Below, in pieces: positions 45,499-55,210 of a stretch of 56,533 nt of DNA (its first letter is position 1; the number at the start of each line of letters is the position of its first letter). Origin of the DNA: a virus; the IMG/VR virus record IMGVR_UViG_3300043811_000163, positions 1 through 56,533 of that record. One strand, 5' to 3'. The notes under the pieces are model-generated. The model saw nothing but the letters and a program-made list of their open reading frames with translations. It had not been told where the DNA came from and made no database searches. Position numbers and translations under genes: made by a program.

Positions 45499-46139
45499 CG
45501 GACACAACCGTGCACAACGCACGGGATGCTGCGCTCAGGAATAGCATATATGGATGTTATCCAGGGAACATTGTCACCTACGACTCGACGCAGGAGACGG
45601 CCTCGGTCCAGATCGGTACGAATGACGTGCGGAAGGACGTGGACACGGGCGCGCGCGTGAGCGAGCCGTTCCCGGTGATCTTCGGTGTGCCAGTTGCGTG
45701 GATGCGGTTCGGCGGGTTCGTGATCAAGGGTTCGCTAAACCCGTACGATCCGGTCATGCTGATCGCGATCGATCTCGATCCGGCTCCATGGCGCGCGGCG
45801 GGACGAACGCTTCGACCCGTCGACCCGGGCGACATTCGGCGACACGGGGGTGGTTACTGGTGGGCCATCCCGACCGACATCACGCTGAAGCGCACGCCGT
45901 CGAGCCCGACCGGCACCCTGTCGATCGGAGTCGAGGGAGGGCAGCCGCTCATCGAGATCACGGCGGCCGGGATCAATCTCGGAGCATCAGCCAGCAACTT
46001 TGTCGCGCTATCAAATCTCGTTGCAACGCAGCTCGGGCTTATCTCGACCGCGTTTGATACGGTGGCGACCGCGCTCAGTATTCCAAATCCGTACGCAGTG
46101 CCTGGGCCTGTCGCTGCATCGCTCACGAAGGCTCAGTGA
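45483..46139 (+). CDS. Baseplate central spike (Gp138-like)
   Basis: PGNIVTYD..ASVQ, VPVAW, RRH; synteny. Confidence 0.75.
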   Translation: MERQLTDTTVHNARDAALRNSIYGCYPGNIVTYDSTQETASVQIGTNDVRKDVDTGARVSEPFPVIFGVPVAWMRFGGFVIKGSLNPYDPVMLIAIDLDPAPWRAAGRTLRPVDPGDIRRHGGGYWWAIPTDITLKRTPSSPTGTLSIGVEGGQPLIEITAAGINLGASASNFVALSNLVATQLGLISTAFDTVATALSIPNPYAVPGPVAASLTKAQ

Positions 46140-46764
46140 CGCGGTAGCGTTTCGGACGATCCGTCTTCGGGACATATCGACGTCGATCGTAGTCTCGGCG
46201 GCACGATTTGCATTCTCTGCGACCGGCACGAGACCCCGTCGTCCGCACGAAGAGGTTTTCGCCAGCGTACGGATGGCCTTTCGGACAGTGCGTCCTCAAT
46301 GAACAAAGGCTTACGTCCGGAACGTTCTGCCGCCCCTTTGCGATCATGTCCTGTACGTTGTCGCTAAAAGTTCCTTCGAACAAGTGGTCCCAACGCACAC
46401 AGCCGATCGGACCATTGTCGCATTTATGAAGACAGCACGGCTCCGGCCATCGGCCCCATTTCAAGAAAAATGCAACGCGGTGAGCGGCCCTCGACATAAT
46501 TTTGGTGCTCACGTACAGCATGCCACCGTACCGGCCTGGACGGACCCAGCATGGACCGAGCTCGGGACGATGCGCAGGAACTGGCCCGTTCTTGTTGACC
46601 GTAGCCCAGAAACGCGAAGCGAGCGGCGTCGAATTTGACCCATAATGTCTGCAATATCGGCATAGTTGGAGCTTTTTTTTGGCGATACGGCTCGGTAGAT
46701 CGTACGTGATTCGATTACGCCCGCACTTCGCGCATGGCACGTTCGTGGTACGCTTCGTTGGCAT
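46123..46764 (-). CDS. HNH homing endonuclease
   Basis: RFWATVNKNG..CW, AHRVAF, LHKCDN..CVRWDHLFEGT, RTHCPKGHPY..N..RECKSC. Confidence 0.9.
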   Translation of the reverse strand: MPTKRTTNVPCAKCGRNRITYDLPSRIAKKKLQLCRYCRHYGSNSTPLASRFWATVNKNGPVPAHRPELGPCWVRPGRYGGMLYVSTKIMSRAAHRVAFFLKWGRWPEPCCLHKCDNGPIGCVRWDHLFEGTFSDNVQDMIAKGRQNVPDVSLCSLRTHCPKGHPYAGENLFVRTTGSRAGRRECKSCRRDYDRRRYVPKTDRPKRYRVTEPS

Positions 46765-46785
46765 TGGCGATCTCCAGTCGCTAGT

Positions 46786-46829
46786 GTCAGGCCCCCGGCC
46801 GGTTGCACGGCGCGGGGGCTTCTTTTTTT
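46786..46829. promoter_or_regulatory. Structured leader hairpin (copy B, minus strand) that is also a likely intrinsic terminator on the plus strand
   Basis: Minus: GCCCCCG-C-GCCG-TGCAAC-CGGC-CGGGGGC-CTGAC; on the plus strand the hairpin is followed by TTCTTTTTTT. Confidence 0.7.
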
Positions 46830-46862
46830 CCTACCTTATCGGTGGAGTCTTGCCAACGAACC

Positions 46863-47708
46863 ATGACGACTTTGTGTCGGACAAATTCTGGCGACATCGC
46901 CATTCCTCTTTCCATACAGACGGATCCGGGAACATATACTTCATGGAAAATACAAGATGAGCTTGGACTTTGGCTTGGGGAATGGTTTATTGACGTAACA
47001 GTTGGATTTCCTTGGGTAAATAGGGTTATCGGTTTAAAGAATCCGTCTCTCTCCCAAATCCGCGCTCTTCTTCGCCAGGCCATCCTCGAGACGCCGCTGG
47101 TCGTGTCACTCGTCGATCTGAATCTGTCGCTCAATCCGAAAACGCGCGCACTCGCGTACGCGTTCAGGGCGTTTCTGCAGAACGGGGCTCAAGTCACGGG
47201 CGGCACGGGCGTTCCCTTCATCGTCAACGGCGGGGCTCCAGCGCAGAACTTCGGCAATGTCCCGGTCGGGCCCGCGGGCCCCGCGCCGTGCATGAATGCG
47301 TCCGCGCCGTGCGGATGCACAGAGGGTGAACAGGGACCGCCTGGACCCGCTGGGCCGGCAGGAACCAATGGCGGTTTGACGCCTTCGTACATTGCGGGCC
47401 CGACCACGTTCAGCGCGGTTGCGGGCTTCTTCTATGTGATCGATCTGACCGGGCCCGTGGTGATGAATGTGCAGACGCTGCCCGTGGCGTCATCGGCAAG
47501 CAGCGGCACAGGATTCATTCTGGTCGGGGCAACGCCATCGTCCGGCGCGAGCCTAACTGTCAACGCTCCGGCGGGAGTCGCATTCGCTCCGCCTCCACCC
47601 AACAACGACACAACTCTATCGAGTCTTGTGTTCAACACGGCAGAGGACGCAGGCGCGAGTCTGAATATCGATAACTACAACGTACCTGGTGTGTACGCCA
47701 CGAGTTAG
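46863..47708 (+). CDS. Baseplate wedge/sheath initiator fused to a short collagen-like linker and a C-terminal beta domain
   Basis: LWLGEWFIDVTVGFPW..ILETP; GEQGPPGPAGPAG. Confidence 0.7.
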   Translation: MTTLCRTNSGDIAIPLSIQTDPGTYTSWKIQDELGLWLGEWFIDVTVGFPWVNRVIGLKNPSLSQIRALLRQAILETPLVVSLVDLNLSLNPKTRALAYAFRAFLQNGAQVTGGTGVPFIVNGGAPAQNFGNVPVGPAGPAPCMNASAPCGCTEGEQGPPGPAGPAGTNGGLTPSYIAGPTTFSAVAGFFYVIDLTGPVVMNVQTLPVASSASSGTGFILVGATPSSGASLTVNAPAGVAFAPPPPNNDTTLSSLVFNTAEDAGASLNIDNYNVPGVYATS

Positions 47709-47734
47709 GGATCAACGTGTTTCCAGGTCTTTCT

Positions 47735-50605
47735 ATGAGCAGGCATCTGTCAAGATGGTATTCGGTGTTGCTCTGCGTTTTCGCCGCAGCGTGCACTGTT
47801 CGATCGAGCCCTCTTCCCGATCCGAAGCTCGGCGGCGGCAATTTCGCATTCCCTGTCGGCCCAGCCTCGGGAGATCTCGGTGGCACCTACCCAAATCCCA
47901 CCGTCACGGGAATTCAGAGCATTCCTGTACCTACGCCGACGGGAACCAACACGGTCCCGACCTTCAATGCCGGCGCAATCGCTTGGGCGACCGCGGGCGG
48001 AGGCTTCTCGGTTACTGGGACCGGATTTCCGATCGTCATCGGTTCTACGCTTCAGACGACCGCCTACACTCTCTCGGGCGACGTATCTTCCGGTACGCCA
48101 TCGGCCGGGAATATTCCGACGACGGTCCTGGCGCTCCAAGGTTTCTCCGTCGCCACGACGACGCCGACGAGCGGGCAAGTTCTCGAATGGAACAGCGGCA
48201 CATCGAAGTGGACGCCTACGGCTCTCCCCGCAGGGACATCCGTCACCGGTACAGGCTACTGGCACAACACGGGAGGAACGCTCGACAGTGCCGCAAGCAT
48301 TGGGACCGCCGACCAGCTGACAGACACGAATCACGCCGGTACCGCGACGGAATGGTTCACGCTCGGCGGGGATTGCGGCTTTCTGAGTCACAACATCACG
48401 TGCACCAAGATCAACGGCACGAGCGTTCCTGCCGGTGGATCTCTCACGACTGGAAATGTTCTTCAGGTGAGCGGCGCGAGCGCGGCGACGTGGGCGGCGA
48501 TCAATTTGGCGGGTGGGTCGAACTTCGTCACGGGGACATTGCCGCTTGGCAACGAAGGGGCGCCCACTGGCACCGGGATCGCGCACGTCGCATCAGGGTC
48601 TTGGTCGGCGGCGGCCTCGCTCGGAACGGCCGGACAGTTCCCCGTTGTAAACTCCGGCGCGACCGATTACGCGTGGCAATCGATGTCCGGCGACGCGACG
48701 CTCTCGTCGTCGGGCGCGATCACCTTCGCGACGGTCAATTCGAACACCGGCTCCTTCGGTTCGACGACCACGATCCCGACGTTCACGGTCAACGGAAAAG
48801 GTCTTATCACTGCAGCGAGCTCGGTCTCACTCGCGGCATCCGGACTGCCAACGATCACACTGACGGGCGACGTCACCGGCTCGGCGAGCGGAGGCTCGAT
48901 CGCTACGACCGTTGCGGCAATCTCAGGGTCGACTCCAATCAACATCACGCCAGCTACACTGCAGTGGCTCAAAGGGACCGCCAGCCCGACCCTCACTGTT
49001 GCCACCCAAACGACGGACACGGCACCTCCTAAGCTCACGCTCGGATGCGCCGCCCCGCTCTCCAGCGCATCGACCAATATCACGGCGGGCAACTGCGTCG
49101 TCAACATTCCGGCGAACGCGAGCGGCACGTCGAAGTACGGCGCGCTCGAAGTGGACTATGGGGGCGCCCCTGTCAGCGGCGCATTCCCGATCGCATACAT
49201 CCAGCTTGATCCGAATACGTCGAACGTCGGCTCCATATTCCTCGGGAAGAACGTCACGATCGACGACAATCACATGGCGCTCGGTGGTGACGGGAGCACG
49301 TTCACTCAGCTAGAGGCACCATCTAGCGGGACACTCTACGCGTACGTAGGAGCGACAGAGATCTGGCAATCGACCACGTCGACACTCACGCTGGAACTGT
49401 CACCTACGGTCGTACCACTTGCCGGTACCGGCTCTCGTCCGGTCGTTGCGAGCAGCGCGGGGCTGCTCTCGGCACCGACCAACCTGACAGTTGGTCAGGG
49501 CGGCACCGGCGACACGACGCTCACAAGCAACGGCGTGCTCTACGGTCAGGGCACGAGCGCGATTGCGGCGACCGCGGCCCCGACGACCGGGCAAATCCTG
49601 GGTCAGTCTGGCGGCGTCCCGACCTGGGTAACGGCGCCCGTTTGGCACACCACGACATTCTGCTCGTCCGGCTGCACCCACACGTCCGGCAGCACGTACA
49701 CGCCAAACTCGTCCACTGCCCTTCTGTACGTGAGCGGATGCGGCGCGGGCGGCGGCGGCGGCGGCGGTGCGATGGGCCAATCGGTGACCGGCGGCCATGC
49801 AAACCCTGATGGGGGCGGTGGTGGCGGCGGCGAGGGCTTGTGGCATTCGTCCGTTCCAGTTCAGTTATCGTCGAGCTCCGCGATCACCGTCAATGACGGG
49901 ACGGGCGGTTCGGGAGGTCCGGGCAGCACATCCTCTTCGCCAGGGACGAATGGCAGCAACGGGACGGGCTCGACGCTCGTGCAGAGCTCCACAAATCTCG
50001 TGGTGTTCGGTGGGGCCAGCGGGGGTACGGGCGGGGCGCAATCGAACGCATTTGCTGACTTGAATCTCGCGGGTGGTGGAGTCCCGACGCTCGCGTCAGG
50101 CAGTCCGCAAAACTTCCGTTACGTGTTCGGACTGCCAGCGGTCCCTGGCGCAGGCGGCTACGGGGGCGGAAATGACGTGCTGGATTCTATCGTCGATCAA
50201 GCGACGGCAGGGGCAGACTCCGTGGTGGTGCTGAGCACGAGCGGAGAGGGTGGCGCCGGTGGGGCGCAGGGCTCCGGCACGGGTGGTTATGGGGGCGGCG
50301 GCGGAGCCGGCAGTGCTCTCGGGCTTGGTGGGGCTGGCGGAGCGGGCGGGAATGGGACGACGCCCGGCGCAGGAGTCGCCGGATCGAACGGTACGGGCTT
50401 TTGCGCCGGCGGGGGTGGCGGCGGAGCCGGTGGAGACTCGGCGCTCAGCACGGGGGCCGCGGGCGCCGCTGGTGGCAACGGGACCTCTGGGTATGTGCAA
50501 ATCGACGAGCTTTTCCGCTGGCTCGACCTCGCCGCCGCCGCGAACGACAACGCGCGGCCGTGGAAGCCGTGGGCCCATACCTTCGCGAGAGCGGAGAATT
50601 TCTAA
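47735..50605 (+). CDS. Tail fibre-like protein with an N-terminal lipobox and a C-terminal glycine-rich domain
   Basis: GPASGDLGGTYPNPTV, LSGDVS/LTGDVTG repeats, GQVLEWN, VGQGGTG, GAGGGGGG...GYVQI; N-terminus VLLCVFAAAC. Confidence 0.8.
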   Translation: MSRHLSRWYSVLLCVFAAACTVRSSPLPDPKLGGGNFAFPVGPASGDLGGTYPNPTVTGIQSIPVPTPTGTNTVPTFNAGAIAWATAGGGFSVTGTGFPIVIGSTLQTTAYTLSGDVSSGTPSAGNIPTTVLALQGFSVATTTPTSGQVLEWNSGTSKWTPTALPAGTSVTGTGYWHNTGGTLDSAASIGTADQLTDTNHAGTATEWFTLGGDCGFLSHNITCTKINGTSVPAGGSLTTGNVLQVSGASAATWAAINLAGGSNFVTGTLPLGNEGAPTGTGIAHVASGSWSAAASLGTAGQFPVVNSGATDYAWQSMSGDATLSSSGAITFATVNSNTGSFGSTTTIPTFTVNGKGLITAASSVSLAASGLPTITLTGDVTGSASGGSIATTVAAISGSTPINITPATLQWLKGTASPTLTVATQTTDTAPPKLTLGCAAPLSSASTNITAGNCVVNIPANASGTSKYGALEVDYGGAPVSGAFPIAYIQLDPNTSNVGSIFLGKNVTIDDNHMALGGDGSTFTQLEAPSSGTLYAYVGATEIWQSTTSTLTLELSPTVVPLAGTGSRPVVASSAGLLSAPTNLTVGQGGTGDTTLTSNGVLYGQGTSAIAATAAPTTGQILGQSGGVPTWVTAPVWHTTTFCSSGCTHTSGSTYTPNSSTALLYVSGCGAGGGGGGGAMGQSVTGGHANPDGGGGGGGEGLWHSSVPVQLSSSSAITVNDGTGGSGGPGSTSSSPGTNGSNGTGSTLVQSSTNLVVFGGASGGTGGAQSNAFADLNLAGGGVPTLASGSPQNFRYVFGLPAVPGAGGYGGGNDVLDSIVDQATAGADSVVVLSTSGEGGAGGAQGSGTGGYGGGGGAGSALGLGGAGGAGGNGTTPGAGVAGSNGTGFCAGGGGGGAGGDSALSTGAAGAAGGNGTSGYVQIDELFRWLDLAAAANDNARPWKPWAHTFARAENF

Positions 50606-50646
50606 ATGCTCGACGAGCGCATATCTGAAAAGATCAAGGATATCAA

Positions 50647-51978
50647 GTGCCTAGCTGGGGAATAACTCCTGCAGGATTTTCAAGTAAGCCGCTCACGCAG
50701 ATCCTCGCCGATCTGCAAGCGGCTTGGCTGGCGAACGTCGATCCGACCGCGGATCTCTCTCCGACCACGCCGGAAGGGCAGATCCTCGGCATCATCTCCA
50801 ACGCGTACGCCGAGCTCTGGGAAATCGCGCAAGCCGCGTGGAACGCGTACAACCGCGAGGACGTAGAAGGCGCCGGGCTCGACAATCTCGGTGACATCTC
50901 GGGCACGCCTCGAGACGGACCGACCTTCACGCAAGTCGTATGCAATGCCACGCTTGCGGCGGGCACGTACGCGGCGGGATCGCTCGTGGCGAACGTCCAG
51001 GGCAATACGGCTCTCACATTCTCGAACCTCAACTCGGTCACGAGTACGGGCGGAGTCAATGTCGTCCTTTTTCAGTCGACCACGATCGGGCCGACCGGAA
51101 CGATCGCGCCAGGCACGCTGAACGCGATCACGACTCCGGTGACCGGATGGACCGCGATCACCAACCCCGCATTTCAGTCGCAGCTCGGGCAAGACGACGA
51201 GACAGATACAGCGTATGCGGTTCGCCAACAGCAGGACATCGCTGGCGATGGCGGAGCGACACCGCCCGCCACGGTCGCCGCGCTCAACATCCTGCTTCAG
51301 ACCACGTATGCGAACGAGGGGGAGACGGGACCGTTTAGCGCAAGCCTGTTCGAGAACACTGGCGATTCCCCGCTCACGATCGACACGTTGACGATTCCGC
51401 CGAAGTCGTTTGCTGCCATCATTTATGATCCATCGGGAATTGTGCCGGCCACAGGGCCAGCGACGGCGGCGCCAGGCTCGGGTCAAGGATCGATCGCCTC
51501 GACGATCTGGCAAAACAAGCCCGTGGGCATCTCGTCGTTTGGGTCGATCTCCGGTGTCGTGGCCGATCCGTTTCTCGGAAATCAAACAGTCTCTTGGAGC
51601 GAGCCTACTCAAGAACCTCTATTCATCACAGCGACCGTGGCGATCTACCCGGGCCAGGTCTGGGACAACGGATCGGGCGCCGGGATCAAGTTCGCGATTC
51701 AGGCAGCGCTCGTAGCCGCTGCGATTGCGACGACACCCTCAAGCGGTATTCCTCCCACGGGCCAGCTGACGCCTGGGGCCAGCGTCATCGGCAGCCAACT
51801 TGAGGCGGTAATCCTCTCTGTGCCTGGCGCGTATGCTGTGCAAGTGCTCGAATTCGATTTCGTGTCGAGTCCGACGAACACGGCTGACATTACCGACGTG
51901 AGCCCGTTGGAAGTCGCGACCATTGCGCAAGTAACGGTCGCCACCAATGTGCTGCTGACACAAGGCGTCTTTCCGTGA
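50647..51978 (+). CDS. Baseplate J-like protein
   Basis: WGITPAGF, TPEGQILGI, GAGLDNLG, GQDDETD..R, IWQNKPVGI. Confidence 0.88.
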   Translation: MPSWGITPAGFSSKPLTQILADLQAAWLANVDPTADLSPTTPEGQILGIISNAYAELWEIAQAAWNAYNREDVEGAGLDNLGDISGTPRDGPTFTQVVCNATLAAGTYAAGSLVANVQGNTALTFSNLNSVTSTGGVNVVLFQSTTIGPTGTIAPGTLNAITTPVTGWTAITNPAFQSQLGQDDETDTAYAVRQQQDIAGDGGATPPATVAALNILLQTTYANEGETGPFSASLFENTGDSPLTIDTLTIPPKSFAAIIYDPSGIVPATGPATAAPGSGQGSIASTIWQNKPVGISSFGSISGVVADPFLGNQTVSWSEPTQEPLFITATVAIYPGQVWDNGSGAGIKFAIQAALVAAAIATTPSSGIPPTGQLTPGASVIGSQLEAVILSVPGAYAVQVLEFDFVSSPTNTADITDVSPLEVATIAQVTVATNVLLTQGVFP

Positions 51979-52835
51979 TCCCGACTCAAAACACGGCCGT
52001 CGTCGCGGAAGCGGTCAGCTTCCTGACGAGCATGTATCGCTCGAAGCCGAACATTCGCGCGATCGTGACCGCTCTGCTGTCCGAGGCGCAAACGCTCGAG
52101 AACGCACTCTATGGCTCGTATGTGGATCGCCGACTGTCGACCGCGGTGGCCGTGGTGCCTACGCCATCGTATGGCACGATCGCTACGATCAGCAGTTCCT
52201 GGTACGAGCAAGTGGTCGCGCCGTTGACGCTACCAGCAGCCACGTACGGAGCGGCCACGCTCGCGATTTCGATCGATATGTTCCCCGGATTGGTCTTCAC
52301 GAACCCATCGACATTTGTGTCGACGGGGGCGCTCGCACCAGTGCCCTTGCAGTCGACAACCAAAGTCGCGGTCGGCACCGTGCAGCAGCCGAACAGCGTC
52401 TTTGACGCGATTGGCGCGCTCGTCCAGCAGCCTCGCGGTGGTCTCGACGACTCGGACTATCGGAGCATTCTGTACCTGAAGGTCGCTGTCAATAAGAGCG
52501 GTGGCCGAACGACAGACTGGAGCGGATTCGGGCAAATCCTGCTCAAAACGAGCGGTGGGCCGATCGAATACGTCGAGGGCGCACTGGCCAGTTTCGATTT
52601 CATCGTGCTCGACATGGCGCTGAGCCCAACCGTTGTAGCGAGCGTGCTCGCGGGCGGCGTTCCCAATGGGGTCGGCGCGAATCTTGTCTACAGCACGTGG
52701 GCGGCAGCCGACACATTCGAGGTCACGAGCGCATACGGGGGCGGCACGCTGATCGGAGAAGGCTTTGGCTCCGCGTATCCTTTACCGACCGGGACCGCGG
52801 GCGGCCTGATGACAGCAGCGCAGAACATCGCGTAA
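51975..52835 (+). CDS. Baseplate wedge protein (DUF2612-like)
   Basis: YRSKPNI, FDAIGALVQQPRGGLDDSDYR..LKVAVNKSGG. Confidence 0.75.
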   Translation: MIPTQNTAVVAEAVSFLTSMYRSKPNIRAIVTALLSEAQTLENALYGSYVDRRLSTAVAVVPTPSYGTIATISSSWYEQVVAPLTLPAATYGAATLAISIDMFPGLVFTNPSTFVSTGALAPVPLQSTTKVAVGTVQQPNSVFDAIGALVQQPRGGLDDSDYRSILYLKVAVNKSGGRTTDWSGFGQILLKTSGGPIEYVEGALASFDFIVLDMALSPTVVASVLAGGVPNGVGANLVYSTWAAADTFEVTSAYGGGTLIGEGFGSAYPLPTGTAGGLMTAAQNIA

Positions 52836-52888
52836 AAAAGGAAGCGCACCACTTACTAAACCGCAAGCGGTAGGCTAGCTTCGAACCG

Positions 52889-54109
52889 ATGGGCGTCGGG
52901 ATCCCGAAATTCGGAACGTGGGCAGTCGCCGAAGTTGACTTTCCAGCGGGCGGAAATCCGTGGAATGGGCAACCAGTTATCGTCGCGCCATCGGGCGACA
53001 TTTTCACGCCAGACACATTCCCTCCGGCCGAATACTTCAATTATCTCTTCAACTTAGCGTTCGTTCAAGATGTGGTACTTCTGTCGGTCGGCGGTCTCGG
53101 GCCCGCGCGAAATTGGCACACCCCGTTCACGGACAGCGCAGGAACGTCTGGCGATCTCGTATGGAATCAGGCCGTTCGCCGATGGATGATGGTTTGGTGG
53201 AACGGCAGCAACTCCATGAACGCGGATTACTACTCCGGCGGAGACCAAGTGCGGGTGGCATCTGGTGCAACCGCGCAGGCCGTAGCAGCGATTCCGGGGC
53301 CTTCCGCTTGCGGGAGTGATGGGGTTCTTTATACGATGAGTGGAGGCACGCTATTCGGTCTCAGCGGGACCACGTGGTCGACGGTGCGAGCGCCCTTCAT
53401 TACGGCCTCGGCATGCGCGGTGGCGACCATCGGCACAGCGTGGGCTCTCGTCGTAAATGACACGAGCGGAGCCGGTTGGCAATATTGGAGCGGCGCTTCT
53501 CTTGCAGCAGGTACCAAGATTCTCGACCAGGCGGGCACCTCTCCGACCAATGGTTGGGCGATGGCGTCCAACGGCGCTACCGCGACTTTGGTCTGTTTCG
53601 TCGAGAGAGCGGCCAGCGGCGTTGTTTATACAGCATCCACTTCGGCGATTGTCAGTACAACAAACCTGACAACGTTCCTTGGAAGCACGGACGTTCCGCT
53701 CGACATCACGTGGGATAGCACGAACAGCCGCTGGCTGATGGCTGTCAGCGTTGCCGGTGGCACAACGACGGCGTTCTGGTATTCGTCGGACGGTGTGCAC
53801 TGGACCAAGGCGAGCCAGCTCACCTCGATGCGGTTTGGATTCACAGCGATCGGTGGCGTCAACCTGCGAGCGATTGGCGCTCTCATCGCAGCGACCGCTT
53901 TCGACACCGTGGCGACTTTTGCACTCTGTTACTCTACGGACGGCGGAGTCACTTGGAACTCCAGCGATACGCTCTTCGCGGGCAGCAGTTCCACCTCGGC
54001 CCAGCTACGAGCCAGCGATGTTGGCTTCGCGATCGTCTATCCGAACGAAACCACGAACCAGCTTCAGTTTTCCGACAGGTTCGGCGTTCCTACCGCGCAG
54101 CTCAGTTGA
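52889..54109 (+). CDS. Baseplate-attached fibre/receptor-binding protein with Asp-box repeats
   Basis: N-terminal PPAEYFNYLFN; YSSDGVHW and YSTDGGVTW BNR/Asp-boxes. Confidence 0.7.
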   Translation: MGVGIPKFGTWAVAEVDFPAGGNPWNGQPVIVAPSGDIFTPDTFPPAEYFNYLFNLAFVQDVVLLSVGGLGPARNWHTPFTDSAGTSGDLVWNQAVRRWMMVWWNGSNSMNADYYSGGDQVRVASGATAQAVAAIPGPSACGSDGVLYTMSGGTLFGLSGTTWSTVRAPFITASACAVATIGTAWALVVNDTSGAGWQYWSGASLAAGTKILDQAGTSPTNGWAMASNGATATLVCFVERAASGVVYTASTSAIVSTTNLTTFLGSTDVPLDITWDSTNSRWLMAVSVAGGTTTAFWYSSDGVHWTKASQLTSMRFGFTAIGGVNLRAIGALIAATAFDTVATFALCYSTDGGVTWNSSDTLFAGSSSTSAQLRASDVGFAIVYPNETTNQLQFSDRFGVPTAQLS

Positions 54110-54620
54110 TGTGCGCCCAGAGATCCGCGACGTCGTTCGCGGTGGGGCTCTCGAGGCTCTCGGACAGTATTGGCGCCATCAAGTTACCGGCCCCGATGTG
54201 AACGCATCCGAGCGCGTGCCCGAGCTCGTGACCCGCCACTATGGTCACGTCGATCGCGTAGAGGCTTGATGATCCGCGTGACAGATTTTGCAGCGCGCTT
54301 GTGAAAAGCACGATGCCCGAGCCCCATGCGTGATTTTGCTCCGCGCCGAGATCGTCGGACGAGAGACCACCGCCGCCCGTTGTCTGTGCGACCATGCAGA
54401 TTTCGTCACCTTGGCCCTGACACGCTTGCAGGACGACGTTCAGACGTAGACCAGGGATCGCGTTCTCCCAGTTCGCGGCGGCTTGCTCGACGTATGGCAA
54501 TTCAGCGGACAAAGAACTATCGACCGACACAGTGCGATCGAGAGGGCTCGTCCCGGCCGTGCTCATGGCACATCCAGACAGGCTGGCCAGCAGCAAAGAC
54601 CCAAGCAGTATCGCCTTCAT
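54102..54620 (-). CDS. Matrixin-like zinc metalloprotease lipoprotein
   Basis: MKAILLGSLLLASLSGC lipobox; HELGHALGCVH zinc motif; NLMAP Met-turn. Confidence 0.85.
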   Translation of the reverse strand: MKAILLGSLLLASLSGCAMSTAGTSPLDRTVSVDSSLSAELPYVEQAAANWENAIPGLRLNVVLQACQGQGDEICMVAQTTGGGGLSSDDLGAEQNHAWGSGIVLFTSALQNLSRGSSSLYAIDVTIVAGHELGHALGCVHIGAGNLMAPILSESLESPTANDVADLWAHIN

Positions 54621-54715
54621 TGCTCTCACCATCTACAATGTAAGGCTGAGCCCATATCCTCGAAACTGACCGCGCGTGTAGTACGCAAGTGTGCGATTCC
54701 CCTAGCTTCTGCGGC

Positions 54716-55204
54716 ATGACCGATTCGGAGAATCTGCGAGCGGCCACGGCGATCTATGAGGGGAACGGGAAGGTGCTCGAAGCCTACACGCCGCAGACGC
54801 CGTTTGAAGCGGCGGTGATGTACGTGCTTCGGGAGACCAAAGAGGAGTTCAAGAAGCTTCACCACGCGATCGACGACGCGAAGCTCGAACTGTACACGGA
54901 GATCGTCGATTTGAAGGGTCGCGTCGATGTGCTCGGCGCGGCGGCCATGGATGCGAGAAACGACGCCATCGAGATCGGCAAGAAGTACGATGCGCTGGTC
55001 GAGCGGGATCGATTGAACGGAAAAGCGCAAGCGCGAAGCGAAGCCCCCTCGTCGCCCGAATTGCCGAAGCACCGCGCGACCGATCGGAGCGATGCGCGAT
55101 TCGAATCAGACTCACCCCCCGCCGAAGATTGCGCAGTGCGACCTACGCGGGCCCCCCTGATGGGAGACTTTGCACCGACGCCCGACGACGAAGAAGAGCC
55201 GTGA
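54716..55204 (+). CDS. Hypothetical coiled-coil protein
   Basis: CTAGCTT-7nt-ATG start at 54716. Confidence 0.55.
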   Translation: MTDSENLRAATAIYEGNGKVLEAYTPQTPFEAAVMYVLRETKEEFKKLHHAIDDAKLELYTEIVDLKGRVDVLGAAAMDARNDAIEIGKKYDALVERDRLNGKAQARSEAPSSPELPKHRATDRSDARFESDSPPAEDCAVRPTRAPLMGDFAPTPDDEEEP

Positions 55205-55210
55205 ACACCG

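Noticed and set aside
33579-46819. Leader hairpin as a hammerhead ribozyme, HEARO/OMEGA RNA or pseudoknot
   Set aside because: No CUGANGA/GAAA core; far too short for HEARO and the nucleases are not IscB-like; loop-CTGAC pairing is inconsistent between copies and has no linker
49740-50490. GGC-rich repeats
   Set aside because: Explained by the glycine-rich coding domain of the fibre
47735-54109. Diversity-generating retroelement or invertible fibre cassette
   Set aside because: No reverse transcriptase, recombinase or template/variable repeat pair seen in the window
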